Source: TPA_inf: Saccharomyces (taxonomy: Eukaryota). From it: a DNA stretch of 64,000 nucleotides. A program made the position numbers and the translations under genes. This document shows, piece by piece, positions 41,057-52,656 of the stretch. The stretch is from the NCBI GenBank assembly GCA_000146045.2, contig BK006942.2, positions 192,001 through 256,000 on the forward strand, in the 5' to 3' direction. How positions within the stretch are numbered: position 1 is the stretch's first letter; every line of letters starts with the position of its first letter. The notes below the pieces were generated by a model that searched no databases, was not told the origin of the DNA, and worked only from the letters and a program-made list of their open reading frames with translations.

Positions 41057-43474
41057 TTATTGCTTTTCGAATTCTAATACAAACCGCCTCATCAAAGTAG
41101 GTTCGCGATCCACACCGTTGGCCTCCATGTTACGGCGGTATTCATGTAACATTTCCGTAGCCTGTTGTACGATCTTCTTTCTTTCTGAGCTACTCACATC
41201 TTTCCTACACTTCAATATTCCTACCAGTAAATCTATGCGCGAGTCCCAGTATACTTCAAGATACTTTTGCCAAATATCTAATATGCTATCTATCGGCTCA
41301 CAGCTTAGGTCCATGAAGAACTCCATTACAGTAAAATTTTGTGTAATTAGCGTATCCTTGCTTTCATTACCATCCAGCACCTTGACAAAGAGCTGATAAA
41401 AAATTTCAAAATCCCTCTTCATCGCCTCTAAAAACTTATTGTTTTTGTTTTTGAATGAATGCTCGAACGATAAAGCAGTCAAAAATTTTATAATTGTCTC
41501 ACCAATAACATTGTCTATGAAGTTCACGAACAGCACAGAATTCATCTGAGGTTTGATATCCAAAAGATATTCATCTAGTGTGTCCGCAATTTGCTGCGCT
41601 TGGCTCCCCATATACCATGTCTTGCTAAAAATCTCTTGGTAGGGTTTTCTCAGATCATCGAACATCAATGTGATTAGGCCTAAAGAACTGCACTGAGCAA
41701 CTTCAGCAAAACCATCTAAAGTGCCCTCCAAGTGATTTGTAATTTGCTTCTCATAAACTTTAGAAACCAGTTTACCATACTTGGATGAAATGGCAACGGC
41801 ATAGTCCGCAGCTTTCATTTGGTCGTTTGATACAGCAATTAAGTATTCCACCAAACCTCCTGGACACTCATCTTCAGGAGTTATACTCTCTGGATCTATA
41901 TCATACTTGTGATTGTAATTGATTTGCTTTTTGATTTCTTCACTTATTTTAGAAATCCAGTTTTTTTGCCTCTTTGTTAGTAGATCACTGAACCTTTCAA
42001 CCACACCCACAAGTATTTTGGCCTGATTAGTACCTGCAGCCACTTCCACTTGCTGTGTAAACATTTGAAAACAAGTCTTAGTACCATCAAGAAAAAGCAA
42101 TCCATCTGAATCAGAATGTGGCGGGGTACTTCTTTCCAAGAATACATCAAATTCTGCTTTTTCTAAATTACCTATCCACTCGGTCATTTTAACCACTATC
42201 AAATTCAAATAGTCTTTAAATAGTGTTTCCTTTTCTTTATCGCCGATGACAGATTTGACTTCGCTTTTGGTAAATCCAAAATCTTGCTTAAGTGTATCTT
42301 GAAACGTCTTATCGAATGCAAGAATATCAAGAATAATAATGGTCTCGGGTTCGGACTCCACGAGATCCGTAATTAATGAATGCAATTCCTTATAGTATTG
42401 GTCAAAGTATACTTCAAATATGTTCCAATGTGGTGGACAGCAGTTGGCAATATGTTCCTTTACAATAATCAATTCGTTGAAAATCCAATCCATGTTATCA
42501 AGAACATCAAATTTTTGATCACCAACGTATTTTTCTCTCATTTCACCAAACATTTCAGAAATGGAATTATTTATACCATTTATTAGAAAATGCTTGTAAC
42601 CTCGAGGTGCTGTTCTTGTTGAGATGGTACCGCTCATTATTTCTTGGTATAATCCCTTGTTTGTCGGATATTCTATAACTTTGGGTGTCTCATCTTGTAA
42701 CCTTGCGGTGTTTTTGCTATTTGGAAGTTTTTTAATTGAGGATTTTTCTATTTCAATTTCTTTCTTCTTGATTATATTTCTGATAGCTTCAATTCTCAAA
42801 TCTTCCCTTTCTTCTAGGTCATAAATTTTAAAAAGTCGAATTGCTAAAGATATTTGCTCAGCTCTGGCCATTTCTACAATATCGTAAGTTAAGCCGTCCA
42901 GCAATTTATCAAATTTTGATATTATTCCGGATAATCTTGAAAACAATTTCATGACTGTACGTTGTGCATCTTCAGTTGCTTCTTTAGCCATAACAACAAC
43001 CTGCTCTTGAAAGTCGCGTGCTGAAGTTAATAGGAAATGAATTTCCAAAAGATGGGGACAACCAGTTTCCAGGGCATCTTCCGCTAATTCCGCCACTAAT
43101 AGTCTTTCTATATGCTCCATTAGTGCAACAAAGTTATATATTCGATCATAAATCGATGATGTCGTATTGACCGTTTCATAAAGTTTTGTGGCTCGGAAAA
43201 GTATATCATAACGATTAATTGCAAATCGATTATCATTACCCAATTTATTAACTTCATTGATTTGTTGTTTGATTGAAGTGACCGAATTTTTGGACAGATT
43301 CAGTAGTTTGAGGGATTCTTCGACTTCGCCATAGTATTTGTCTGATTCTTTATTCAATTGGTATTCTACAACGGATTTTTCTTTTAGCAACTGTTCCTTA
43401 ATATCTCGTACCCTTTCAAGTGATAGATCTCCCTTTATTAAATCACAAACTTGCTGCAAGGGATCTGAAGACAT
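41057..43474 (-). CDS. SEC6: Exocyst complex subunit, 805 aa
   Basis: Large helical-bundle protein of 805 aa beginning MSSDPLQQVCDLIKGDLSLERVRDIKEQ. Length and context match SEC6 (YIL068C). Confidence 0.85.
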   Translation of the reverse strand: MSSDPLQQVCDLIKGDLSLERVRDIKEQLLKEKSVVEYQLNKESDKYYGEVEESLKLLNLSKNSVTSIKQQINEVNKLGNDNRFAINRYDILFRATKLYETVNTTSSIYDRIYNFVALMEHIERLLVAELAEDALETGCPHLLEIHFLLTSARDFQEQVVVMAKEATEDAQRTVMKLFSRLSGIISKFDKLLDGLTYDIVEMARAEQISLAIRLFKIYDLEEREDLRIEAIRNIIKKKEIEIEKSSIKKLPNSKNTARLQDETPKVIEYPTNKGLYQEIMSGTISTRTAPRGYKHFLINGINNSISEMFGEMREKYVGDQKFDVLDNMDWIFNELIIVKEHIANCCPPHWNIFEVYFDQYYKELHSLITDLVESEPETIIILDILAFDKTFQDTLKQDFGFTKSEVKSVIGDKEKETLFKDYLNLIVVKMTEWIGNLEKAEFDVFLERSTPPHSDSDGLLFLDGTKTCFQMFTQQVEVAAGTNQAKILVGVVERFSDLLTKRQKNWISKISEEIKKQINYNHKYDIDPESITPEDECPGGLVEYLIAVSNDQMKAADYAVAISSKYGKLVSKVYEKQITNHLEGTLDGFAEVAQCSSLGLITLMFDDLRKPYQEIFSKTWYMGSQAQQIADTLDEYLLDIKPQMNSVLFVNFIDNVIGETIIKFLTALSFEHSFKNKNNKFLEAMKRDFEIFYQLFVKVLDGNESKDTLITQNFTVMEFFMDLSCEPIDSILDIWQKYLEVYWDSRIDLLVGILKCRKDVSSSERKKIVQQATEMLHEYRRNMEANGVDREPTLMRRFVLEFEKQ

Positions 43475-43723
43475 CTTAGTAACTAGATACTTGATAATAT
43501 CTCTGCTCTCGGCCCAATTTTACTTCTTTTCCTGCTTCCCTACGGGTGTTCTTAAGGTGCACTAGTTGCTAGAGTTTACAGTATGTTTTCTTATTTTCCG
43601 ATCCCCAAAGCTCGGCAAGATTAAGAAAAAAAGGCTAGCTGTACATAAGATTAATAACATCGTATTAATGAATCTATCACTTCCAGGCCCATTCTATGTA
43701 TAGTATGTAAATATGTATTTAGA

Positions 43724-45760
43724 TTATGATACGCCTGGTTCAGGCTTTTGCCACATTCCGTTCGGCCACTGTAAAACTCCTGCATTCGTATAGTCACCTC
43801 TATTCGTTGGAGACCGTACAGAGGCACGAGCCACTCTTAAATACAAGTCTATTGTCCCGTTAGAGGCATCAAGAGCATCGTCCATCATTTGAGCAAGTGC
43901 TGGATTCTCCATCCGAAGAACATCGATACTCACAGTCTCATTCTTGCCTACGTACACTTCCACATCGTTCAAAAGTAATGAAAAACCGTCGATGTTTCCT
44001 ATTTGATCAATTACTGGATCAGTTGCATTTAGATGCCACGACAGAGAATGGTTTTGATCGTCGTTAAAATCCAGTATAGGTGGCTTCAAAGAAGCACCTG
44101 CTTCTCCTCTTAACAAGGCCGTATCTGTCTCAACTATGCTTGCAAAATCCCATCTTGCTACACCAGACAGAATTAACCCGACTAAAATTCCTTGGAACAG
44201 ATATGCAGATGATCCTCTCGTGGCACAGCCTGGAACCAGTATAGAACCTAAGATGTAGTGATGTATCCTCAAGTTCAGTCCCGGCAAAGATCCCAAAGCT
44301 ATTAATCCGCCAATGAAACAAATGTATATTTTAAAATACTTTTTGAATCTTCCTGATTTCCAGAGTGAATAAGCCTGTATAACTGCGCATGTAAGAATAG
44401 TGGCTGCAATAGATCCCACAGCAGTCAGTGCTCCAGCCTGCTCTTTCAAATCCGTCGTCGTAAGTCTATCAACAGGTAATCGGTCAAATGTGACATTATT
44501 TGAGATTCCCAACCAAAATGTGGGGTACCAAAGTATTACTTTTGCTATGGGCGATCCATTTTCTAGTGTTCTTTTCACCGCACTCTTCCAAACGACGTAT
44601 AAAACAAAGCATAAAGGTAAAAGTCTTTGAAATCCCACACTGAAAAGCTCATACACGCTAGCTGGGTCATGTGCATCCGTTAGTAATGGAGGGTCTAGAG
44701 ATAATACAAGAGTCCAATAGCCCACTATCGTGTTTATCCAGTACCCGTAAATACTGTCATACAAATAAAATATTGGCAGTCCAAAAAGCATATTCAATGC
44801 GACCACAGCTGCTCGAGGATCATAACAGCCCGACAGGATACCGCCTTGTATATCTCTGAATGAATATGAACCGGGAAAAAATGAATTGAATGCTACTGAA
44901 AACCCAGTGTTATACATTCCTTTTTTTGATGGAAAAGAATTTTGGGCCCCTTGCATAGAAACTTTGGTACAGCCACCGTAAAATGGTGAGATAACACCTG
45001 CATGTACTGCAGAGGCGCATGGAAACGAGTCACTTCTATAAGGGTAGGACACGACCATCGGGTCTTCTTCGCTAAACAGGGCACCTCCGCCAATTTCATA
45101 CCCTGTATATTTGACTCTCCTATTCCCTACGGCAATGGCGGAGTATGTCCATCCACCTCTATCACACAGTGCTGGACATCTGATCATGTATTCTTTATTA
45201 TCAAGTGGACCGCAGTTTTTAGCATTTAAACCACATTCGTTATTGGTACCCTCCCAGTTCAAGTAGGAATTGCAACTTAAAGACAATATAGGAATCTTTT
45301 CTGAGCCATCATTTGGATGGAAGTATGGCGGCTTGATAAGATAGGGGTATATGAGAGAATAAAAAATGCGCATCCAAAAGCAGCAGTACACAATCAGTAG
45401 CAACAGTCGTATCAACTTACTTGGTATTTTAGTTTTGAATGTAGTCTGCGGAAAATCATCTATCTTCTTCAGCCATCCCCAACGTTTAGGAAAGCTAGGC
45501 GGTTCGTCACTTGGCTCAACAGGGCCATTCCAAACTCTTTCAATAAACTTTTGTATAGGATGTTTCCTTTTTAATAGTAACCATTTTGACTTACTGTTTT
45601 CTCTCCCTTCTTCATCAAGCATACTTTCCATGTCTGTATTGGAAAAGTTCTGCAGTTGTATAGACTCAGTCACACGGTGCTGTCCATCGCAATCACTTGA
45701 AACGCCAGGGTCTGTGGCTTCCCACGTTGTGTTAGCATTATCATCAAAATGCACACCCAT
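43724..45760 (-). CDS. Uncharacterised polytopic membrane protein with a Cys-rich lumenal domain, 678 aa
   Basis: 678-aa ORF with multiple TM helices and a cysteine-rich extracytoplasmic region carrying several N-glycosylation sequons. Length and position fit YIL067C, a conserved fungal protein of unknown function. Confidence 0.7.
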   Translation of the reverse strand: MGVHFDDNANTTWEATDPGVSSDCDGQHRVTESIQLQNFSNTDMESMLDEEGRENSKSKWLLLKRKHPIQKFIERVWNGPVEPSDEPPSFPKRWGWLKKIDDFPQTTFKTKIPSKLIRLLLLIVYCCFWMRIFYSLIYPYLIKPPYFHPNDGSEKIPILSLSCNSYLNWEGTNNECGLNAKNCGPLDNKEYMIRCPALCDRGGWTYSAIAVGNRRVKYTGYEIGGGALFSEEDPMVVSYPYRSDSFPCASAVHAGVISPFYGGCTKVSMQGAQNSFPSKKGMYNTGFSVAFNSFFPGSYSFRDIQGGILSGCYDPRAAVVALNMLFGLPIFYLYDSIYGYWINTIVGYWTLVLSLDPPLLTDAHDPASVYELFSVGFQRLLPLCFVLYVVWKSAVKRTLENGSPIAKVILWYPTFWLGISNNVTFDRLPVDRLTTTDLKEQAGALTAVGSIAATILTCAVIQAYSLWKSGRFKKYFKIYICFIGGLIALGSLPGLNLRIHHYILGSILVPGCATRGSSAYLFQGILVGLILSGVARWDFASIVETDTALLRGEAGASLKPPILDFNDDQNHSLSWHLNATDPVIDQIGNIDGFSLLLNDVEVYVGKNETVSIDVLRMENPALAQMMDDALDASNGTIDLYLRVARASVRSPTNRGDYTNAGVLQWPNGMWQKPEPGVS

Positions 45761-46098
45761 TCAATTCAATGCTAAATGGTCTATCTCTCACAAGTCTAAT
45801 ACTGGTTGAATTGTGCCTTAGTTATTTATATAATTGAATGTATTTTGCGATTTTACACTCTTTACGGTATTTAGCTGTTTTCTTCTACACCCCAGAGTAA
45901 TTTTTTTGCGACGGTAAATCTGGAAAATAATCATAGAATACAATGAGAAAGAATGTAAAAGAAATAATTTTATTAGCGTACATGATTGTGTATATGTTTT
46001 GTTTAAAAAAGTTTATTTAAAAAAGGTCTTAATACATACTAACGAAAAGAAACCGCTCCAAGTTAGATAAGGAAAGGGAAAAATGCCACCAGAAAGAA

Positions 46099-48708
46099 TC
46101 AACCGGAACATGACTCACAAGCTTCTGGAGTAGGAGCAGTACAAGCAATCACCTTTTCATTGTAAATGTCACATTTCTTCTCGTCGGAATCTTCTTTTAT
46201 TGTTTCCGTTGGAACTGCTGGGGCAACACTATCTTCCAATTTCACATTTGACATGGCACTCGACACCGATGATTGTTCGGATGGAACTGGAGATGCATCC
46301 TTCTCATTATCTGAGCTTTCGGTAAGCGCAGATGCCGCCTTTTGTTCAGAGAATTTTGTACCCTTTGGAACATAAACTGGACGATCCAATTCTGAGACGG
46401 AAGCAATATGTGTAGCGGCTTGATCGGCAACCTCTTGATCAATGGTAAATTGAATAGCAGCGGAGGCGGCTTGCGTTCTTAAGTAGTACATACCAGTTTT
46501 TAAACCCTTCTTCCAACCGTAGAAATGCATACTAGTAATCTTACCCATTGATGGTGCTTGCAAGAAAAGATTCAAGGAATGAGACTGATCGATGTAGATG
46601 GCACGATCAGCAGCCATATTGATAATGGTCTTTTGAGAGATTTCCCAGACGGTTTTGTATAATTCCTTCAATTCTTGTGGCACATTTGGTAAGCCTTGAA
46701 TAGAACCATTTTGTGTAATTAGATATTGTTTCATACTATCATCCCAAATACCCAGGTCGACTAAATCACGTAGTAAATATGGATTAACAACTTGGAATTC
46801 ACCAGACAGGACACGACGAGAGTACATGTTTGAGGTCACTGGTTCGAAGCATTCATTATAACCAAGAATTTGGGAAGTTGAGGCGGTTGGCATTGGTGCC
46901 ATAGTCAAAGAGTTTCTTAACCCATGTTTAACAATGTCCTTTCTTAAGGTTTCCCAATCCCACATGCCAAATGGTTTAGCGTTCCACATATCGAATTGTA
47001 AAATACCCTTAGAAGCTGGAGAACCTTCAAAAGTAGAATATTTACCTTCTTTTTGGGCCAATTCACAGGAGGCTTCAAGAGTAGCATGGTAAATAGTTTC
47101 GAAGATTTGTTTGTTTAGAGTTTGAGCTTCTTCCGATTCAAAGGGTAGACGCAACATCATATAAGTATCGGCCAAACCCTGGACACCAAGAGCAATAGGT
47201 CTATGCTTCATATTTGAATTTCTAGCCTCGGGAACTGGATAGTAATTACGGTCGATAACTCTGTTCAAGTTGTGAGTAATGACTTTAGCAATCTCGTGTA
47301 ATCTCTCGAAATTATAGCTTGCAGTTTTACCATCTTCTGAAACCTCAACGAATGCTGGTAGGGCAATAGAAGCTAAATTACAAACTGCAGTTTCATCCGG
47401 GGAGGAATATTCGACGATTTCACAACATAAATTAGATGATTTGATAGTACCTAAGTTCTGTTGGTTTGTCTTCCTGTTACATGCGTCCTTATAAACCATG
47501 AAAGGTGTACCTGTTTCTGTCTGTGCTTGCAAAATGGCATACCACAACTTTTGGGCTTTAATTGTTTTACCACGACCTTCTCTTTCGTAACGAGTATATA
47601 GTTCTTCAAATTCATCACCCCACACATCATCTAAACCTGGGGCAGCACTGGGCGAAAACAAAGTCCAAGGCCCATCCTCTTGAACACGTTTCATGAAAAG
47701 ATCAGGGATCCATAGAGCAGGGAACAAATCTCTTGCACGAATTTCTTCCTTACCATGTGTTTTTCTGATATCGACAAAGTCGAAGATATCTGCATGCCAT
47801 GGCTCCAAGAAAAGGGCGAAAGCACCAGGTCTCTTGTTACCACCCTGGTCCACATAACGGGCAGTATTATTGAAAACACGAATCATAGGAATCAACCCGT
47901 TTGAAGTACCGTTGGTACCAGCGATATAAGAACCTGTGGAACGGATGTTGTTGATATGAAGACCAACACCACCTGCAGTTTTGGAAATCATAGCACATTC
48001 TTTCAAAGTATCATAAATACCTTCGATAGAGTCATCCTTCATGGCAATTAAGAAACATGAAGACATTTGAGGATGTGGCGTACCAGCGTTGAATAAAGTT
48101 GGGGAAGCGTGAGTGAAGTATCTTAACGACATCAAATTATAAGTCTTCAGCACAGATTCGATATCGCTACCATGGATACCTAGCGCCACACGCATTACCA
48201 AATGCTGAGGACGTTCTGCCACTTCACCGTTCAGTCTTAGCAAGTACGAACGCTCCAGTGTCTTGAATCCGAAATACGTATACTGGAAATCCCTATCGTA
48301 CACGATGGCCGAGTTCAAAGTATCTTTGTTTTCCATGACAATGTTGTAAATTTCGTCCGAAATCATAGGAGCATGCTTTCCAGTAGCTGGGTTAATCCAG
48401 TCGTGTAAATCCTCAATAACTTTGGAGAATTGCTTTGTGGTTTGCTTATGTAAGTTAGAGATGGCGATTCTAGCGGCTAGAGTGGCATAATCAGGGTGCA
48501 CAGTGGTCATGTATGCACATGTTTCAGCTGCAAGATTGTCCAGCTCAACGGTAGTAACACCGGAGTACACACCAGAAATAATACGTTGGGTTACCTTAAC
48601 AGCATCAATACGGTTTGGGTCTAAACCGTATGACAAACGGGTGATACGGGAGGTAATTTTATCGAATTGAACGGGCTCTTTGCGGCCGTCTCTTTTAATA
48701 ACGTACAT
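46099..48708 (-). CDS. RNR3: Ribonucleotide-diphosphate reductase large (R1) subunit, DNA-damage-inducible isoform, 869 aa from the internal ATG
   Basis: ATP-cone N-terminus ([22 protein letters not shown]), the class Ia R1 active-site region (...[11 protein letters not shown]..., [10 protein letters not shown]) and a C-terminal CxxC tail (CESCSG). 869 aa. The ORF track's 57-codon hydrophobic upstream extension is spurious. The promoter carries X-box/DRE sites. Confidence 0.9.
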
Positions 48709-48966
48709 TTGTGTGGGAGTATTTGATTTATTGCTGCTGCTATTCTTGCTTGTCATATTTATTTCAACTTGGATATGAGATGAGAGAAAGGCAAGGAAGA
48801 AGGCAAAAGAAGGCAAAATAGCAGTGCGTTTATATACGTTTTGCAGCAGAACACGAAACAATATAAAGAACGCTGACACGAAAAACGAAACGCGTCAGCA
48901 TCTCACAATACAGTATTACGATTTAACAATAGACTATTGTTTTTTTCCCATCTTGTCGTTTGGTCC

Positions 48967-49090
48967 TCGCCATGGCAACCGGGTTTTTGCCCCTTTGAGC
49001 AGCGCCTAGGTGTCGTTGCTGCGACAACCACGAAAAAAAAAAAAAAAAAAAAACAAAAGAACAACGGCACGCAATGTTGCTGTGACAACC
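48967..49090. promoter_or_regulatory. Cluster of three RFX/Crt1 X-box (damage-responsive) elements with an adjacent 24-nt poly(dA) tract in the RNR3 promoter
   Basis: TCGCCATGGCAACC (48967-48980), GTTGCTGCGACAACC (49015-49029) and GTTGCTGTGACAACC (49076-49090) all match the X-box consensus GTTNCC(A/T)NGNAAC in paired half-sites. A poly(A) run lies at 49034-49060. They sit 260-380 bp upstream of the RNR3 ATG. Confidence 0.7.
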
Positions 49091-49307
49091 GTAGGCAGAT
49101 AACTTGGCTTTTTTTACTACTTTAGGAAAATTAGCAGCCAAGAACGAGGGCTTGCTCTGCTACCTAGTTCAAACTGAAACAAGCCTTCACTTTCTTTTCT
49201 TTTCTTTTTTTTTTTATCTAACAACTGAAGATTAAATGATAAATGTTTACGCGTGCGTGCGATTCATTCTTATGTATGTACGTATGTGCTGATTTTTTAT
49301 GTGCTTG

Positions 49308-49775
49308 TTACCTTCTCTTGTTTCTTAAGAAGAAACTAGCCACGGCCACAGCGCCGGCTAGTACGCCTCCAGCGACGACAACACCCTTGAGTGTTTCCTT
49401 CTGGATCTTATCCTCTACCATACTCTTCAAAGCGCCCACCTGCTTGTTATTACGCTCATGCTCAAATAAAGTGTCTACATATCTCTTCGCCATAGAGTAT
49501 TCACCGAGTTTGTAGCAACCTATGGTCAGATAATATAGGCATTCTCGTCTACGGGACTCGGCCTCTTTGTAAATGTCTGTGAGGATTTTCACACCAAGCC
49601 TTTCGTCATTCACGTCAGTGGATTTGATCAGCCCCCATGCGTAGTTAAACCTTGACTGTATGGTAGCGGTGGGCCCCCCCTCGGAGACGACTTGCTGGCG
49701 CAGAATCTCCAGCTGCTGCGGATAGAGTGGTTCGTATGCGTCCTTAAGAGTTGGCCAAAAATCTACTTTGGTCAT
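49308..49775 (-). CDS. FIS1: Mitochondrial/peroxisomal fission tail-anchored TPR protein, 155 aa
   Basis: TPR-like helical N-domain (YYLTIGCYKLGEYSMAKRYVDTL) and a C-terminal TM anchor (VVAGGVLAGAVAVASFFLRNKRR). 155 aa matches FIS1 (YIL065C). Confidence 0.9.
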   Translation of the reverse strand: MTKVDFWPTLKDAYEPLYPQQLEILRQQVVSEGGPTATIQSRFNYAWGLIKSTDVNDERLGVKILTDIYKEAESRRRECLYYLTIGCYKLGEYSMAKRYVDTLFEHERNNKQVGALKSMVEDKIQKETLKGVVVAGGVLAGAVAVASFFLRNKRR

Positions 49776-49942
49776 ACTTATGTTGTATGGCTGTGCTCTG
49801 ATCTGTGCTTCTATGTGCCGTTTTTACGCAAGGTATATGATAACTTCTGTGCAGAATAGTGGCAATGGCAGCTTTGCTTTGAAAGGGGTCCAGCCTAGCC
49901 CGCTTGCGGTGTTCCGGCATAAATGCGCAAAAAGATTGGTTC

Positions 49943-50716
49943 ATGAAAAGAAGTGAAAAAAAATCGATGAGCTCAGCTCTTAAGAACGGTATTATGGAAC
50001 GAACTCAACCCGAAAAGGTAGTACAGATGCAGGGCACGGCAGATTTGAGCACTTCGAAACTTGGTACGAAAAAATACTGGGATGAACTGTATGCCCTGGA
50101 GCTGGAGAATTTCAGGCGGAATCCGCAGGATACCGGGGACTGTTGGTTTAGCGATAGCGATGCTGAACAAAAGATGATTGATTTTCTGGTAGATAACATT
50201 GGTGCGTACAGAATTTCTGAGAATGCTTCTGTTGTAGACCTCGGTACAGGTAATGGACACATGTTATTTGAACTGCATCAAACGGAATTCCAAGGGAAAC
50301 TGGTCGGGATAGACTATTCTGAGGAAAGCGTCAAACTCGCTAGTAATATAGCCGAGGCCACCGGTGTTGACAATTTCATCAGTTTCCAGCAAGCAGACAT
50401 CTTTAGTGGTGACTGGAAGCCGGGAAAGTATGACATTGTGTTGGATAAAGGGACCCTAGATGCCATTTCATTGAGTGGCATGAAGATCAACGGTAAACTT
50501 GATGTAGTCGATGTATACGCCGGAGTAGTGGAAAGGATTTTGAAAAAAGACGGTATTTTCTTGATCACTTCTTGTAATTTCACACAAGATGAACTAGTAA
50601 AGATCATAGAGACTGATAATTTGAAAATGTGGAAAACAATAAAATACCCTGTTTTCCAATTTGGCGGGGTCCAGGGTGCGACCATATGTAGTGTAGCATT
50701 TGTTAAACAAAACTGA
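49943..50716 (+). CDS. EFM4: SAM-dependent (class I) lysine methyltransferase, eEF1A-methyltransferase-like, 257 aa from the internal ATG
   Basis: Motif I VVDLGTGNGHMLFEL and post-I LVGIDYSEESV. 257 aa matches EFM4/SEE1 (YIL064W). The ORF track starts 13 codons further upstream. Confidence 0.75.
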   Translation: MKRSEKKSMSSALKNGIMERTQPEKVVQMQGTADLSTSKLGTKKYWDELYALELENFRRNPQDTGDCWFSDSDAEQKMIDFLVDNIGAYRISENASVVDLGTGNGHMLFELHQTEFQGKLVGIDYSEESVKLASNIAEATGVDNFISFQQADIFSGDWKPGKYDIVLDKGTLDAISLSGMKINGKLDVVDVYAGVVERILKKDGIFLITSCNFTQDELVKIIETDNLKMWKTIKYPVFQFGGVQGATICSVAFVKQN

Positions 50717-50760
50717 TTTGTTTTTATCTTTGATTTATTTTTAACGTTATTTCTCTTTAC

Positions 50761-51744
50761 TTATTTAGGAACGGATTTAACTATAATGTTATACAATTCA
50801 TCCGTGGTTTCCTTCTTACCAGTCTTTATGGCGTACTGTGCAGGATCACCGTTATCATCTACTGCTAGTAATCTTATGAATTTTTCGCTTTGCAAAGAAC
50901 CTGTAAATCCTTTTTGCACAGTGAACCCCTTGACCAGTTGGATGTTTAAAATGACTTTTAAGATACCACGAGACCTCATAACAATACGCGTCTTCTCGAC
51001 GTCGTCCTTACTTTTATTGATTTTGATGATACCAACACCTCTTTCCTTCCAGCCTTCTTTTATGTTGGAAAGTTGGTACAGCTTCGCATTGACTTGATAT
51101 ATGCACTCCTCAGACTCTTCACCAGACTTGACTTCCTGTTTCTGCAATTTGAGGGGTTTTGGTTTGTCTTTTGTATCTTCTGAGGCATTCGCTAGTTGTT
51201 CAGATCCACTATGGACTTTATCTTTGTCAACATCAGTAGCTTTCTTTTCACTTTCAGAGTTATTTTCTGTTTTGTTTTTCAGTATGTTGAAGCCGCTGCC
51301 AAATGATAAACCTGAACCAAATGCAAATGGCTTCTTTGTTTTGCTGTCAGAGGCTGGTAAACTTTCAGTACTGGTAGTTGCATCTCCATCTTTCGTGTCC
51401 TTTTTGGCAACACCAAACCCAGTTCCAAATTTAGATGCGGCACCAAACACGAATTTATCCTCCTTTTTGTCATCTTCCACAATACCAGATTCTACGGTCT
51501 TTCCGTCGTCAACCTTGATCTTCTTATGCGATGGTTCTTGGTCTTTTTTACCTTCCTCCTTTTTCTCCTCATCATTTTTATTGGGTGCTTCTGATTTGTC
51601 ACTCGTTTCTTCCGCTTGTTCATCCTGATCTTTTTCCCTCGGTCTCTTAGGAGTTCCATCTAGTTTATCGATAGGATTTTCAACTGCAGTTTGTTTCACC
51701 TCAGAATTTTCCCTGGCTGCATTGCCACCATTGGTCTCACTCAT
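50761..51744 (-). CDS. YRB2: Nuclear Ran-binding protein with FG repeats and a C-terminal RanBD, 327 aa
   Basis: FxFG/FG repeats (FGFGVAKK, FAFGSGLSFGSGF, FVFGAASKFGTGF) followed by a Ran-binding domain. 327 aa matches YRB2 (YIL063C). Confidence 0.85.
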   Translation of the reverse strand: MSETNGGNAARENSEVKQTAVENPIDKLDGTPKRPREKDQDEQAEETSDKSEAPNKNDEEKKEEGKKDQEPSHKKIKVDDGKTVESGIVEDDKKEDKFVFGAASKFGTGFGVAKKDTKDGDATTSTESLPASDSKTKKPFAFGSGLSFGSGFNILKNKTENNSESEKKATDVDKDKVHSGSEQLANASEDTKDKPKPLKLQKQEVKSGEESEECIYQVNAKLYQLSNIKEGWKERGVGIIKINKSKDDVEKTRIVMRSRGILKVILNIQLVKGFTVQKGFTGSLQSEKFIRLLAVDDNGDPAQYAIKTGKKETTDELYNIIVKSVPK

Positions 51745-51997
51745 GCTCTCAAAGTTTATGCGTACTTGTTTTGTGCAAATTGATTTGTTGACATTTTGGT
51801 TTGAGTAGCAACTGAGCTTTTTAAAATCCAGGCATTTATATCTTCAACCTCGCCAAACAATGTCAATTTTTTTAAAAAAAAACTCAATACCTACATCACC
51901 GCGAAATGCCTGAAGTAAAAGCATATAACAAACGCGACCCTTAAAATTACGTATATATATGTATATTTCTTTATACTAAGTTTTACTGGGCAGAGTA

Positions 51998-52462
51998 TCA
52001 TACAGTTCTTCTATCCGATATATAATGAACGATAGGTGTGACACCACTGACTTGAGTAATTCTTTCCAGCCACGCAAGCAAGACACCCCCTTGTTTCTGG
52101 CCCTGAGGTACGGACATTCCTTTGTAGAGATACTTTACCAGCACGTCCCTCTGAGAATCACTCAAATTTTTGATTACATTACCAATATCGGCTTGCCTGA
52201 CTTGTGTCAATGCTTCAAGGACGCTCTTAAAATATTGCTCCTTTGTTGGAGCATCTGCACTGTATGGAGGATCGGTTGTGAGTAATTGAACGGCTCCCAA
52301 AGAGTCACCACTTGTGGCAAGCGAGCGCAATTGATTCATTCGAGGTTGTAATTCTTGTAATGTGACAGTAGTTTCGTATGGTGGTACCAGATCGGCAGCG
52401 GTTAGTCTGCCACTCTCTGGATCAAATGCATCGATGTCAATTCTCCTCCAATCGGCTTCCAT
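51998..52462 (-). CDS. ARC15: Arp2/3 complex 16-kDa subunit (ARPC5), 154 aa
   Basis: 154-aa ARPC5-family ORF matching ARC15 (YIL062C). Confidence 0.8.
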   Translation of the reverse strand: MEADWRRIDIDAFDPESGRLTAADLVPPYETTVTLQELQPRMNQLRSLATSGDSLGAVQLLTTDPPYSADAPTKEQYFKSVLEALTQVRQADIGNVIKNLSDSQRDVLVKYLYKGMSVPQGQKQGGVLLAWLERITQVSGVTPIVHYISDRRTV

Positions 52463-52656
52463 TGCTTGATCGTTCGCGTGTGTTGTGTTGAGTCTTCTCT
52501 GGTCTCCTTTGCTATAGTATCTTGTGTTAAATGCGGGCTGTTTTTCTCTTATTTTGTTATAGGGGCAAAGTCTGAGAAAGGGAAAAAAGTATCCAAATTA
52601 ACTGATGTGCGGGTAATCATAGACAACAAGTAGCAGAGTTTAAGTATTACTTATAT

